DNA of 64,000 nt from Octopus vulgaris (lineage: Eukaryota): positions 78,554,001-78,618,000 of the forward strand of contig OX597830.1 of the NCBI GenBank assembly GCA_951406725.2, given 5' to 3'. The translations under genes were made by a program, and so were the position numbers. Below the pieces are notes generated by a model. The model saw only the letters and a program-made list of their open reading frames with translations, did no database searches and was not told the origin of the DNA. This document shows, in pieces, positions 1 through 12,729 of the stretch (within the stretch, counting starts at the first letter, position 1; each line of letters begins with the position of its first letter).

Positions 1-585
1 TTTTGTTTTGATTTTTTTTTTATTGATACATTGTTGTCATATATCAGAAAGCAGGTAAAAATTATTCAAATTTTAAAAACGATCAAAAGTTGTAGAAGAA
101 GAATGGAGCTACAAAAATCAATTAAGCATTATGATAAAAAAATATTTCGTCTTAATTCAAATAAAATTTGGTAAATAAAATGTTTTTACCTAATAAATAA
201 AACGAACGAATTTATCTGACGAAAATGCCTTACGCCCTATTTCCTCCCTCTTTCTTATATTCTGCTTACTTACTCTTCCTATCCCCATTTGTACCTCAAC
301 TCGCCCCTCTTTATTCTCCCTCCCTACTGCCACCACCTCCCCTCAGTACATCGCTGAGAATCCTCAAAATTAATGAATGAAGACTGTTTGTTCAACGGGA
401 AGTGTGTAAATCCCTGGGGGTGGTGAGTTTTGCTGGAGGATAATCGGGTAAGGATAACGGCACAGGTGGGGGGGGCGGATTAGGGAATTGGGGAATTGGC
501 AATAGGGTTATGGTCGTGATGGTAATAATGACGGTAGCGATAGAGATATTTGTGATGATGGTGGTGGCGGTGGTAGTTGTTGTTG

Positions 586-617
<32 letters not shown>

Positions 618-1424
618 GGTGGTGGTGGTAGTGGTGGTGGTGGTGGTGGTGGTGGTGGTGGTGGTGGTGGTGGTGGTGGTGGTGGTGGTGGTAGCGTTGG
701 TGGTGGTTGTGTTGGTGGTGGTGGTAGTAGTGGTGATGGTGGTGGTGGCGCGGGGCGGCGTTAGTGGGGGTGACGGTGGTGGCGGTGGTTGTGTTATTGT
801 TGTTATTGGTGGTGGTAGTGGTGGTGGTGGTGGCTGTAGTGGCGGTGGTGGTGGTGGTGGTTGTGTTGGTGGTGGTGGTGGATTTGGTGAAATCTGTTAG
901 CATTGGTGGTGGCCTAATGATGTGGAGATGGTAGTGATGGCGGTTGTAGAGATAATGGTGTTTGTGGTGATAATAGTGGTGATGATGATGCTTATGGTCG
1001 TTGTTGTCATGATTGTGGTGATCGTGATGGTCATGGCAGTAGTGACGGGGACCGGTTATGGTTGCGGTGATGAGAATGATGTTGCTATTGTTAATGGTAA
1101 TTTTGTTGGTGTGGTGTTAGAGGTAATAGCGATTTTGATGATGAGGAAGGTGGTGGTGGTGGTGGTGGTGGTGGTGGCGGCGGCGGTGGTGGTGGCGGCG
1201 GTGACGGTGACGGTGATGATGATAATGATTGTGACGTCAGTGGTGTTAGTGGTGTCCGTGGTACCAGCAGCAGACGTTTTGGGAGAAGACCACAAATCAG
1301 TTGATAGTGAGCAAGACGAAGCGTGTGCGAGCCATCAGAACGATCCATAAAGTCGCGCAATGGTTCACACACAGTTACAACAGAGTTGATAGTTTTTGAT
1401 CTACCATCAGCGACCCGTCTATCA

Positions 1425-1509
1425 GTGGAGCTCTGATGAAGCAATATGACGGAAAATTTCCAATATACGAATGGAACCCAATTGTTTGAAACTTAGCAAT
1501 GAGTTTCAC
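1425..1509 (+). ncRNA. Degenerate hammerhead-like motif (duplicate at 8849-8933)
   Basis: GTGGAGCT-CTGATGA-AGCAAT...ATTGTTT-GAAA-CTTAGCAATG-AGTTTCAC. Flanks pair with G-U wobbles but stem III and the cleavage triplet are not canonical. Confidence 0.3.
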
Positions 1510-1632
1510 AAACCAGAAACAGTCAAGTGTTTTGCTGATGAACAAATGTAGCTTTCATTAAATTTCTCGATGTCCCGGAAGTGAATGTCATTATCAGAGC
1601 AGGCTTTCAGCAGATCTGATTTTATAGGTGTA

Positions 1633-2242
1633 CTAGCAGTATAGCCCGGCGTTGCTCGGGTTTGTTTTTTAGTTGCGCTTCGTTCATTCGATCTGTCTTA
1701 CGCTAATGCAATTAGTTTTTCCCACAAAAAATCGATTGAAATTGCTGACTTGTACTCAACGCTGTCGCAGTTGACGACCTTGAAAATTAGTGCATTGACG
1801 CAGCGAACATTACTCCTCTGCATTGGATCAGCTGATCCGTCGTTCGCTCAAAACCAATGACATCACAAAAAAATTTTTTTGGACCCTTTAGGATTGGAAT
1901 TTTTGAAAAGTAAAAATTGTACATTATGTAGCTTGTTATTCTCTTTACGTGAACATTTTCCTGGTTGAAATACACCGAAAAAGGGCGACACAGCAGTCAA
2001 AAAATCGTAAAAATAGGGAATTTCATAGAAAAAAACCCACCTTTTTAATGTAAATAATTTTCGGTGTTAACATGGTCCGATTTGAATTTTTTCTTCTACG
2101 GAAGGAATAGCAAGCCTTCTATCATACTCTCAATTTTGGTCAACTTGCGCCGCAGGGTCTCAGAGGAGATAGTGTTAGTTGAAGGCTACCAAACCTGCCA
2201 TACCCACACACAGACAGACAACTTCAGCTTTATATATATAGA
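1633..2242 (-). mobile_element. Non-autonomous Helitron
   Basis: Minus strand begins TCTATATATATAAAG and ends with hairpin CCCGAGCAACGCCGGG, 8 nt, then CTAG followed by T. No TSD. Confidence 0.85.
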
Positions 2243-2392
2243 CTAGTTGTCTTTTATTGGGCGGGAGAGATATGGATAAAGAGACAGAGAGAGAGGGGGA
2301 GAGAGAGAGGAGAGAAATAAAATAGGTGTTGGGGAAGAGGTTATGCTTTTCGTCTTTTGAGATGTATTAAGAACGGAAAGTCGACATTTGGG

Positions 2393-2492
2393 NNNNNNNN
2401 NNNNNNNNNNNNNNNNNNNNNNNNNNNNNNNNNNNNNNNNNNNNNNNNNNNNNNNNNNNNNNNNNNNNNNNNNNNNNNNNNNNNNNNNNNNN
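2393..2492. other. Assembly gap (100 N)
   Basis: Run of exactly 100 N. Confidence 1.
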
Positions 2493-2570
2493 GTGCCATG
2501 CAATGAGACTGAACCCGGAACTATGTGGTTGCGAAGCAAGTTCCTTACCACTCAGCCACCCCTGTGCCTA
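2493..2570 (-). mobile_element. tRNA-derived SINE family A (CORE-type, OR-like), head fragment
   Basis: Reverse complement matches the head at 19260 and 60716 (TGGCTGAGTGGTAAG...GGGTTCAGTC). Confidence 0.7.
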
Positions 2571-3837
2571 TGTATATAAATTGGTGAAATAGTGTCTGTA
2601 TTGTAGAGGCACAATTTTTTCATGGCCCCTGAAAAATATCTGTGGACTCACAGTTTACTATACAGTGTCTGTAGTCTCCCAAAAATCTTATATGGACACC
2701 CTCGTGTCCAAATGGACCCCAGCTAGGAAACCCTACTTTAGAAGGTGTCTGGTACTATAGGCTCAAATAGATCGAAATGTGTGTTGATGACTATGATTTA
2801 TAGGGTCTACCTGTAATTCTTAGGGTCAACCGTGTCACATATTGTGTCAAGCTGATTCAGTCTGTGGGAAATTATTTTACATTCGAGCATATGCTCTTCT
2901 TCTGAAAGAATAGACCAGTAGAGAAAAAGCAATTAGAAATAAAAGAACACATTTATATCTGTGGAATATTCAGCCACTTACATTATAAAACAAGATGTAA
3001 AATGTGTAAAGACTAAGCATTGTCCCACGCATGCACGCACGAACATAATCGCACACACAAACACACACAATCATACACACACACTCAGACTTACATCACT
3101 CAAAAACACACATACACACACTTACTCGAGCACACGCACACATACTCGCACGCAATCTGCAATGTTGACTCTGTCTTAAGATTAGGTGTCATCAACAAAT
3201 CTCTATCGAATATTCAACCAGTTTGTACAGTAATTGAATGTGGAGAGAGTTTAGCCAATTGAATACCTGGATTATTCCCCGTCGACACTGACGAAGATCC
3301 ATCTATTTTATGCTTGTATGACCATTTATCTGTGTCTGTTACTATGTTTGTATACTAGCGCGAGAATGTATCTGTGTGTAGAGGGTTGCCTCTATGTGAA
3401 TGTGTATGCGTGTTTGTGTGTATTTGAGTGGTTGTTTGCTTGCGTATGTATGTGTTTGTGTGTTTGTGAGAGAGAGAGAGAGAGAGAGAGTAAGGGAGGT
3501 AGTCATTGAGAACTCTCTCCAATAAGAAGGAGAAAAAAGCTACATACACCAATATTATTTAGTGAAGCGTAATATAAACTTAGTTTAGCGTCATTTGATG
3601 CCGTAATTAACCAACCAATCACTGGCGTTTCAAAACTCTCCCTGTTTCTCTTTATTTCTCTCTCTTTCTTTCTGTTTTTCGCTTTCTCTCTTCCTCTCTC
3701 TCTCTCTCTCTCACGCACAACCTCTATTTTACATTCATTCCTTTTGGTTGTCTATATCTCGTTATCTGTTTCTACTTTTCTTCTTACTACACCTCTCCCT
3801 CCCTCTCTCTACACACCTCCCTCTATACACACATGCA

Positions 3838-3907
<70 letters not shown>

Positions 3908-3931
3908 TATATATTTATATAAGTATGTATG

Positions 3932-3964
<33 letters not shown>

Positions 3965-4070
3965 GCATATATATGTATATGTATAAATGTACATATATAT
4001 ATATGCATATATATATGAACATATATATATATATATATATATATACAGATAGATAGGCAGACAGACTGTC

Positions 4071-4140
<70 letters not shown>

Positions 4141-4256
4141 ATAGACATGGGTATGGTTAAGAAGCTCACTTTATAAACACTGGATTCTGGTTCAAGTCCA
4201 ATGAACGACATCATCAACAACTGTCTTCTGCTATAGTCCTGGGCCGATCATTGTCT

Positions 4257-4394
<138 letters not shown>

Positions 4395-4424
4395 AGTGTG
4401 TGTGCATGTGTGTATGTGTGTGAC

Positions 4425-4750
4425 GGCGCGTAGCCTAGTGGTAAAGGTGTCGCACTACCAATCGCTAGATCGTGGGTTCGATTCCAGACAGGGCCGGTGT
4501 GCTTTGTTCCTGAACAAGATACCTTATTTCATGCAGTTCCAGTTCACTCAGCTGCAGAAATGAGTAGTGACGTCTCTGGTACCAAGCTGTATCGGCCTTT
4601 GCCTTTCTCTTGGATAACATCGGTGTTACGGAGAGAAGAGGCTGCTATGCATGGGCGACTGTTGGTCTTTCATAAGCAACCGTACCTTGACACGTGCCTC
4701 GCAAGGGTACTTTCTAAGTGCAATCACATGATCATTCGTAACCGTAGGAT
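4425..4750 (+). mobile_element. tRNA-derived SINE family C
   Basis: A box TAGCCTAGTGG (4431), B box GGTTCGATTCC (4475), then CCAGTTCACTCAGCTG..AAATGAGTA shared with the 38250 and 48008 copies; different 3' tail. Confidence 0.75.
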
Positions 4751-5201
4751 GCCAGAGGTTTTTATGTTTTCCTTTACCCCAGATTGAATCTGTGTATTTG
4801 TGCATATGTGCATGTGCGTATTGTGTCTTCGAAGCAGTTGTCCATAGATATCCTCTTTTTCTTTGATTTTCAGAGAGATATTTACATCTGCAGGGCAGCT
4901 GACCCCTATGACGGTACATACCTTTGCGCTTCGGTCTCAAACAACATATGAAACTATTGTATACGTGTATGCGATGTCTTTGTGAATGTGTATACCTGTG
5001 TGTGCTTTGGGGCTGTATAGGAGATCCTCAGGAAGTGAGTACTTCTTGAAGAGCTCAGTGCCAACTCGTAACATGTTGTGTGTGTGTATGTATGTATGTA
5101 TGTATGTATGTATGTATGTATGTATGTATGTATGTATGTATGTATGTATGTATGTATGTATGCATGTATGTATGTATGTATGTATGTATGTATGTATGTA
5201 T

Positions 5202-5631
5202 GAAATAATCGGACTGACTACCCGATCGCGCAGTTAAACCATTGGGAGTGAAGGACTCCTAGCCTTTGTTAGGGCATCCTTCTAGGAGAAGGTAACTCAG
5301 GTAACTGGGATAACTCCGACATAAAACCTGCGGCTCAGTGGTTACCGATGATGTTAACTTGTTCTTCTTTTCGGATTATGGCTGCTGTTGCTTAGTGAGT
5401 GGGATTGACTCAGTGCACAGCCTTTCCTCACTTGAAAAAAAAATCTTCTTGCACAGGTATTGCACAATAGCAACATTGTTAATGAGTGTTGATAGTGCTG
5501 TGAGTGTCAACTGAATGGTTGGTTGTAGCCTTAAAATCGCAAATAAAAGTCACATTCGATCACAGCACCAATAACAGTTAAACTTCGTGCAATGGCCATA
5601 CTCGATAACGAGGGGGCAGCCATCATCATCA
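5202..5631 (+). mobile_element. Probable RTE-related non-autonomous retroposon (Ceph-SINE/bipartite-RTE-like)
   Basis: Complex island inside (TATG)n, ending in (CAT)n. CTAGGAGAAGGTAACTC resembles RTE 5'UTR sequence (from memory, not searched). Confidence 0.4.
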
Positions 5632-6107
5632 TGTATGTATGTATGCATGCAAGCATGTGTGTATGGGAGTGAATGTATACGAGAGTGCATGAACTAGCGG
5701 TTCGGGGGCTGCACTTGCATGTGTGTGTGTGTGTGTGTATCTTCTCTTGTTGTTTACTTGAGGGTGCCTAAGTCTGGCTTACATATGTGTAAGTTCGTGT
5801 TAACATATGTATGTGCATATGAAACTATTGTATACCTGTATGCGATGTCTTTGTGAATGTGTGTACCTGTGTGTGCTTTCTATTTGTGTGTGTGTGTATG
5901 AGGTTGTTTTGTGTGTCATACTGGAAGGACAGGTAGGTGAAAGAGAGGTGAGAAAAGTAGTAGGTGTTGGAAAATTTTGTTATAATATTTACTTGTTATT
6001 ACGAGTGTGAATATCAAGCGACACTATAATGGAAGAGTGAGTGCAAGGGTTTGTGAAGTGGGGTGTATTAATAGTAGTGTGTAGGTGTAGATGTATTTTT
6101 TTGACTT

Positions 6108-6310
6108 TATTACTTGTTTTAATTATTTGACTGCGACCATCCTGAAGCACCGCTTTACAGCGATATTTTAATCGGAGAAATCGACACCTAGGACTTGTTC
6201 TTTATAAGCCTAATACTTATTCTATCGGTCTCTTTTGCCAAACTGTTAAGTTACAGGGACGTAAATACACCAACATCGGTTGTCAAGCGATGGTGGGGGA
6301 ACAGACACAT
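6108..6310 (-). mobile_element. SINE family A, 3' half
   Basis: TTACTTGTTT..TTGACTGCGACCAT...TTATTCTATCGGTCTCTTTTGCC...GGTTGTCAAGCGATGGTGGGGGAACA, as in other copies. Confidence 0.8.
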
Positions 6311-6334
6311 ACAGAAACATAAACGCACACACAA

Positions 6335-6389
<55 letters not shown>

Positions 6390-6405
6390 TAAGTTAGGAT
6401 GCCGA

Positions 6406-7092
6406 TTTTGTGCTGGGCACCTGGTAGTAACTAATATTTCTACCCTTCTTGTTTATATTCGCATATTTACATGATGAATTCATTCGTAAAATTCTTCCCG
6501 GCATGCCCTATACTGCCGTGTAGATTTTGCGTCTGCGCAGAGATTTGAAAAGTTAAGATCTGCTAGTAGTCGAGATCGACACATGTTCTCACATCGCTGC
6601 AGACCTCGATTCAATTTAGGCGACTCGTTGATAAAGCCAGCCTTAGCAAACATATTTTGTGTTTTGCTAGAAAGAGGCAGAAACTGATCGGTCCGAGGAG
6701 TAAAGTTATCGGTAAATGTTTTTGATTTTCACTCTCGATAAGTTCATCTTCTTTTTGTGTCCTCAGCACTCGGCATCCTAACTTAGAGGCCTTTAATTGT
6801 ATTACTACATGAATAATATTTTTCTATACGAATAATATTTTTGTCTTATGACTGATTCGTCTTTTGTGCTGGGCACCTGGTAGTAACTAATATTTCTACC
6901 CTTCTTGTTTATATTTGCATATTTACATGATGAATTCATTCGTAAAATTCTTCCCGGCATGCCCTATACTGCCGTGTAGATTTTGCGTCTGCGCAGAGAT
7001 TTGAAAAGTTAAGATCTGCTAGTAGTCGAGATCGACACATGTTCTCACATCGCTGCAGACCTCGATTCAATTTAGGCGACTCGTTGATAAAG
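6406..7092. repeat. 231-bp direct repeat (6406-6636 / 6862-7092) plus 16-bp inverted repeat (6390-6405 / 6770-6785)
   Basis: Copies differ at about one position. TAAGTTAGGATGCCGA is the reverse complement of TCGGCATCCTAACTTA. Confidence 0.9.
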
Positions 7093-7289
7093 GTAAAGAC
7101 TCGAAGGTAAAGGCGAGACACGACTTAATTTAAATAATTCTTCCCGCTAAAGCAAATTAAATAAAATTTGAGATTTTTTTGCGGAGGGGTAAAAATGGTA
7201 ACAAAAACAGGACAGTAAAAAACAATACAAATAAAAACAGTAAAAGACAGGACGAGGAGAATAACAGTAACACGAATATATATATATGC

Positions 7290-7340
<51 letters not shown>

Positions 7341-7420
7341 TGTATCTCTCTCTCTCCCTTTCACACATAATACACACACACATACACCCATACACATAGG
7401 CACCCAAGCTTTTGGGGGTG

Positions 7421-8000
7421 TTTTGTTTTGATTTTTTTTTTATTGATACATTGTTGTCATATATCAGAAAGCAGGTAAAAATTATTCAAATTTTAAAAAC
7501 GATCAAAAGTTGTAGAAGAAGAATGGAGCTACAAAAATCAATTAAGCATTATGATAAAAAAATATTTCGTCTTAATTCAAATAAAATTTGGTAAATAAAA
7601 TGTTTTTACCTAATAAATAAAACGAACGAATTTATCTGACGAAAATGCCTTACGCCCTATTTCCTCCCTCTTTCTTATATTCTGCTTACTTACTCTTCCT
7701 ATCCCCATTTGTACCTCAACTCGCCCCTCTTTATTCTCCCTCCCTACTGCCACCACCTCCCCTCAGTACATCGCTGAGAATCCTCAAAATTAATGAATGA
7801 AGACTGTTTGTTCAACGGGAAGTGTGTAAATCCCTGGGGGTGGTGAGTTTTGCTGGAGGATAATCGGGTAAGGATAACGGCACAGGTGGGGGGGGGCGGA
7901 TTAGGGAATTGGGGAATTGGCAATAGGGTTATGGTCGTGATGGTAATAATGACGGTAGCGATAGAGATATTTGTGATGATGGTGGTGGCGGTGGTAGTTG

Positions 8001-8032
<32 letters not shown>

Positions 8033-9815
8033 GGTGGTAGTGGTGGTGGTGGTGGTAGCGTTGGTGGTGGTTGTGTTGGTGGTGGTGGTAGTGGTGGTGA
8101 TGGTGGTGGTGGTGGTGGTGGTAGCGTTGGTGGTGGTTGTGTTGGTGGTGGTGGTAGTAGTGGTGATGGTGGTGGTGGCGCGGGGCGGCGTTAGTGGGGG
8201 TGACGGTGGTGGCGGTGGTTGTGTTATTGTTGTTATTGGTGGTGGTAGTGGTGGTGGTGGTGGCTGTAGTGGCGGTGGTGATAGTGGTGGTGGTTGTGTT
8301 GGTGGTGGTGGTGGATTTGGTGAAATCTGTTAGCATTGGTGGTGGCCTAATGATGTGGAGATGGTAGTGATGGCGGTTGTAGAGATAATGGTGTTTGTGG
8401 TGATAATAGTGGTGATGATGATGCTTATGGTCGTTGTTGTCATGATTGTGGTGATCGTGATGGTCATGGCAGTAGTGACGGGGACCGGTTATGGTTGCGG
8501 TGATGAGAATGATGTTGCTATTGTTAATGGTAATTTTGTTGGTGTGGTGTTAGAGGTAATAGCGATTTTGATGATGAGGAAGGTGGTGGTGGTGGTGGTG
8601 GTGGTGGCGGCGGCGGTGGTGGTGGCGGCGGTGACGGTGATGATGATAATGATTGTGACGTCAGTGGTGTTAGTGGTGTCCGTGGTACCAGCAGCAGACG
8701 TTTTGGGAGAAGACCGCAAATCAGTTGATAGTGAGCAAGACGAAGCGTGTGCGAGCCATCAGAACGATCCATAAAGTCGCGCAATGGTTCACACACAGTT
8801 ACAACAGAGTTGATAGTTTTTGATCTACCATCAGCGACCCGTCTATCAGTGGAGCTCTGATGAAGCAATATGACGGAAAATTTCCAATATACGAATGGAA
8901 CCCAATTGTTTGAAACTTAGCAATGAGTTTCACAAACCAGAAACAGTCAAGTGTTTTGCTGATGAACAAATGTAGCTTTCATTAAATTTCTCGATGTCCC
9001 GGAAGTGAATGTCATTATCAGAGCAAGCTTTCAGCAGATCTGATTTTATAGGTGTACTAGCAGTATAGCCCGGCGTTGCTCGGATTTATTTTTTAGTTGC
9101 GCTTCGTTCATTCGTTCTGTAATACGCTAATGCAATTAGTTTTTCCCACAAAAAATCGATTGAAATTGCTGACTTGTACTCAACGCTGTCGCAGTTGACG
9201 ACCTTGAAAATTAGTGCATTGACGCAGCGAACATTACTCCTCTGCATTGGATCAGCTGATCCGTCGTTCGCTCAAAACCAATGACATCACAAAAAAATTT
9301 TTTTGGACCCTTTAGGATTGGAATTTTTGAAAAGTAAAAATTGTACATTATGTAGCTTGTTATTCTCTTTACGTGAACATTTTCCTGGTTGAAATACACC
9401 GAAAAAGGGCGACACAGCAGTCAAAAAATCGTAAAAATAGGGAATTTCATAGAAAAAACCCACCTTTTTAATGTAAATAATTTTCGGTGTTAACATGGTC
9501 CGATTTGAATTTTTTCTTCTACGGAAGGAATAGCAAGCCTTCTATCATACTCTCAATTTTGGTCAACTTGCGCCGCAGGGTCTCAGAGGAGATAGTGTTA
9601 GTTGAAGGCTACCAAACCTGCCATACCCACACACAGACAGACAACTTCAGCTTTATATATATAGACTAGTTGTCTTTTATTGGGCGGGAGAGATATGGAT
9701 AAAGAGACAGAGAGAGAGGGGGAGAGAGAGAGGAGAGAAATAAAATAGGTGTTGGGGAAGAGGTTATGCTTTTCGTCTTTTGAGATGTATTAAGAACGGA
9801 AAGTCGACATTTGGG
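7421..9815. repeat. Copy B of ~2.4 kb duplication
   Basis: See 1-2392; this copy has continuous flanks on both sides. Confidence 0.95.
9057..9665 (-). mobile_element. Non-autonomous Helitron (duplicate of 1633-2242)
   Basis: Same TC...CTAG termini; one substitution in the terminal hairpin. Confidence 0.85.
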
Positions 9816-10531
9816 ATTGGGGAGTCATACAGGTTGTAAATGGAACAGGTTGTAGCATGTTTGTTCAATAATCTAGAGGGATTCTTGTAAGAAGAGAAAC
9901 TGAAGAGATAAATGAGACTAAGAACAAGGGGTGGGATATACTCATTGGTTGAGAATATCTGAAAGAACAGTATTGAGGGCCAAGAAGGGGTCCAGTAACG
10001 GCAACATCAGCTCTATCAAAGCAGTGTCTGTGTGTATGTGTGCGTGTGCATATGTGTGCGCGTGCATGTGTATGTGTGTGTGCGAGTGTGTGTGAGTGCG
10101 TGTGTGTGTTTGTGTGAGCGTGCGTGTGTGTGTGTGTATGTATGTTTGAATCTATATTTGTGTATCTCTACAACTGTGCATGTACGTATGTGTGTCTGTA
10201 TCAATATGACAGCATCTCTGGTCGAAGACGTTCTAACCATGGCCATCGCTACTTTGTGTCGTATTTAATGCTACATTATGTAATGCTTCTTTTTTTACTT
10301 TTCTAGAAAGTATGCGGAAGGTCATTTGGTTTCTATTACTACTATTACTAGCAGGTCGTACAGCCACATAATCTACACTGGCGTCTCATTGGCGCGCGCG
10401 CGCGCGCGTGTGTATATGTTTGAAAGTACTTATATACGTATGCGTGCATGTGCGTGTGAATATGCCTTTCTCTCCCTTTATTTCTTTCTTTTTTGTGAAT
10501 GTGCTTTCTCTCTCTCTCTCTCTCTCTCCAA

Positions 10532-10592
<61 letters not shown>

Positions 10593-10617
10593 AAATATAT
10601 ATACATATGTATACACT

Positions 10618-10650
<33 letters not shown>

Positions 10651-11476
10651 CTGTTTGTATCTGTATATATGTGTGTGTGCGTATGCGTGTGTATTTGCGT
10701 GTATGCGAGGATGTCTGTGAATGCTATGCTTCCTTGATCAGCCATAGTGTTTCCGTTTCGAATCTCTCTTCTTCCTTCAACAAATATTAATCGCATATAC
10801 GTGTGTATATGTGTATTTGAGAGTCTGTGTCTTTGCGTTTCTATGTATATGTGTATGTATATTTGTGTAAGTGTATATATACATGTATGTGATGTACGAA
10901 TTTGTATCTGTGTATGTGTGTGTGCTTTGTATGTGTATGTATACATGTGTGTGTGTGCTTTGTATGTGTATGTATACATGTGTGTGTGTGCTTTGTATGT
11001 CTATGTATACATGTGTGTGTCTGTGTGCACGGCTGCACACGCGTGTTAATGTGTGTATGTGTATTTGTGTGAGTAAGCATGTTTGTGTGTATGTGCGTGT
11101 ATAAGACACAGAAAGAAAAAGAGAGAGAGAAAGAGAGAGACAGAGCCTGCTTGTCTTTGATGCTTTATGTGCGCATGCGCGTGTTTGCAGAAGGTGGACA
11201 CAGTTGATTGATGGGGTACGAATCATGTAATGCGAATTGCGGTCATCTTTCTTTCCAAACTGGACTCTGTCCTGTATTGTTGTCCGACATCATTGTCAAC
11301 AACAACAACAACAACAAAAACAGCATCACCACCATCACCACCTCACCAACACCTTCACTACCAACAACAACAACAACAATAACGAGATACTCAGATGACA
11401 CGGCTAAAGACAATTAGGCTCTAAGTGATTTTGAAACAATCTCGGTTCAGGAGCGGTTAACTCTGCTTTAAAGTTT

Positions 11477-12006
11477 GAGCCGGAATTAGATAAGAACAAG
11501 CTGTCTCCAATTGACAATACAAGAATAAGTTTGACAATACGTGGAGACGGTTGACAATGAGATGAAGACCGACATTTTTTTTTTTCTTTTTCTAAACTGT
11601 CACTTTTGCAAAAACAACAACTGGATCAGCTTCAGCCATCAACGGTAAACACGAGGACATTGTAACAATGACCAATAAAATCTCATTGTATTTTAACAGT
11701 ATTGTTGTGTTTTGGTCGCTTTAAAAAAAAAAGGAAATATGGAGCCGAAAACGAGATAAGAACAAGATGGCGAATTATCGCTCCTGACATAAACAGCTAG
11801 AATTCTCTGTCGTTCGTTGACGAAATAACAAAAATAAGAAAAAAAAGGTAAAAGAAATCAGTGGGAGATTTCAATAGTAGAAACAAAGATTGCATCTATG
11901 ACAATATAGAACTGCTGTGGTTAACATTGTTGTTTGCATGGATTTAATTTTTCTTTTTGCTTTATTCTTCTTAAACCGGAAACTAGATAAAAACAACATG
12001 GCGAAT
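11477..12006 (+). promoter_or_regulatory. Candidate cis-regulatory module: three copies of an ETS-GATA-YY1-like composite motif
   Basis: GAGCCGGAATTAGATAAGAACAAGCTG (11477), GAGCCGAAAACGAGATAAGAACAAGATGGCGAAT (11742), AACCGGAAACTAGATAAAAACAACATGGCGAAT (11974); many (G/A)ACAAT Sox-like sites between them. Confidence 0.4.
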
Positions 12007-12049
12007 ATCATTTGCTTGCTGATGCAACAGAAAGACGTTATTATATCTC

Positions 12050-12395
12050 TTGCTTCTTCCAGTCATTTGATTGCGGCAATGCTGGGGCAACGTTGTCAAG
12101 GTTTTAGTCGAACACATTCATAACAGAATTTTTATTTTTCTTAGGCCTGGGGCTTATTCAATCGGTCTTTTCTGTCGAACCGTTAAGTAAGGGACATAAA
12201 GAAACCAACACCGATTGTCAAGCGGTGGTGGGGACAAATACAAAGACATATGTCTATATAGGCATATATGTATGTACATACAGGCTTCTACGCAGTTTCC
12301 ATCTCTCAGATCCACTCAGAATGCTCTGGTCGACCCAAGCTTATAGTAGCAGACACCTAAGGAACCACACATGGTTGCAAAGCGAACATCTTATC
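12050..12395 (-). mobile_element. SINE family A, degraded
   Basis: CAGTCATTTGATTGCGGCAATGCTGGGGCA tail, GATTGTCAAGCGGTGGTGGGGACAAA and head remnants. Confidence 0.75.
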
Positions 12396-12412
12396 CAGAT
12401 ACTCAATCCTGT

Positions 12413-12476
<64 letters not shown>

Positions 12477-12625
12477 GGAAAAAACACCTTTTATCAATTC
12501 AAAATGAACAATTAAATTACACCATCTAGAAAATTACATATAATAGAAATATTAAAATTAAAATAACAATGATATACTGATGATTAAGTAAATTGCAAAA
12601 AAAAAAACGTATATAATTGGTAGAA

Positions 12626-12729
12626 TAACGACACTTGTTTCGTGGCTATATTTAAGAAATGATTATAGTAAAAAAATTAATAGCAGTAGTAAAATTACTT
12701 CGATGTAAATATAGCCACTCATCAGGTTA
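12626..12729 (-). ncRNA. Type I hammerhead ribozyme motif in a Penelope-like non-coding fragment (~12470-12760)
   Basis: Minus strand: TAAC-CTGATGA-GTGGCTATATTTA...TAAATATAGCCAC-GAAA-CAAGTG-TC-GTTA. Complete core, 13-bp stem II, GUC triplet, 4-bp stem I. Confidence 0.8.

Larger units (their letters stand above)
1..2392. repeat. Copy A of ~2.4 kb near-identical duplication (copy B 7421-9815)
   Basis: Colinear with 7421-9815 (offset 7420-7424). Differences are GGT-repeat length and a few SNPs; copy A ends exactly at the N gap. Confidence 0.95.

Noticed and set aside
2600-2742. hAT/MITE-like end (GGACCCC..GGAAACCCTACTTTAGA)
   Set aside because: No matching second terminus or TSD found.
4850-4920. 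Possible host exon after TTTTCAG
   Set aside because: Weak donor, uninformative peptide, no supporting neighbouring exons.
10915-11015. 33-bp tandem repeat x3
   Set aside because: Higher-order slippage within a TG/TA tract; ordinary.
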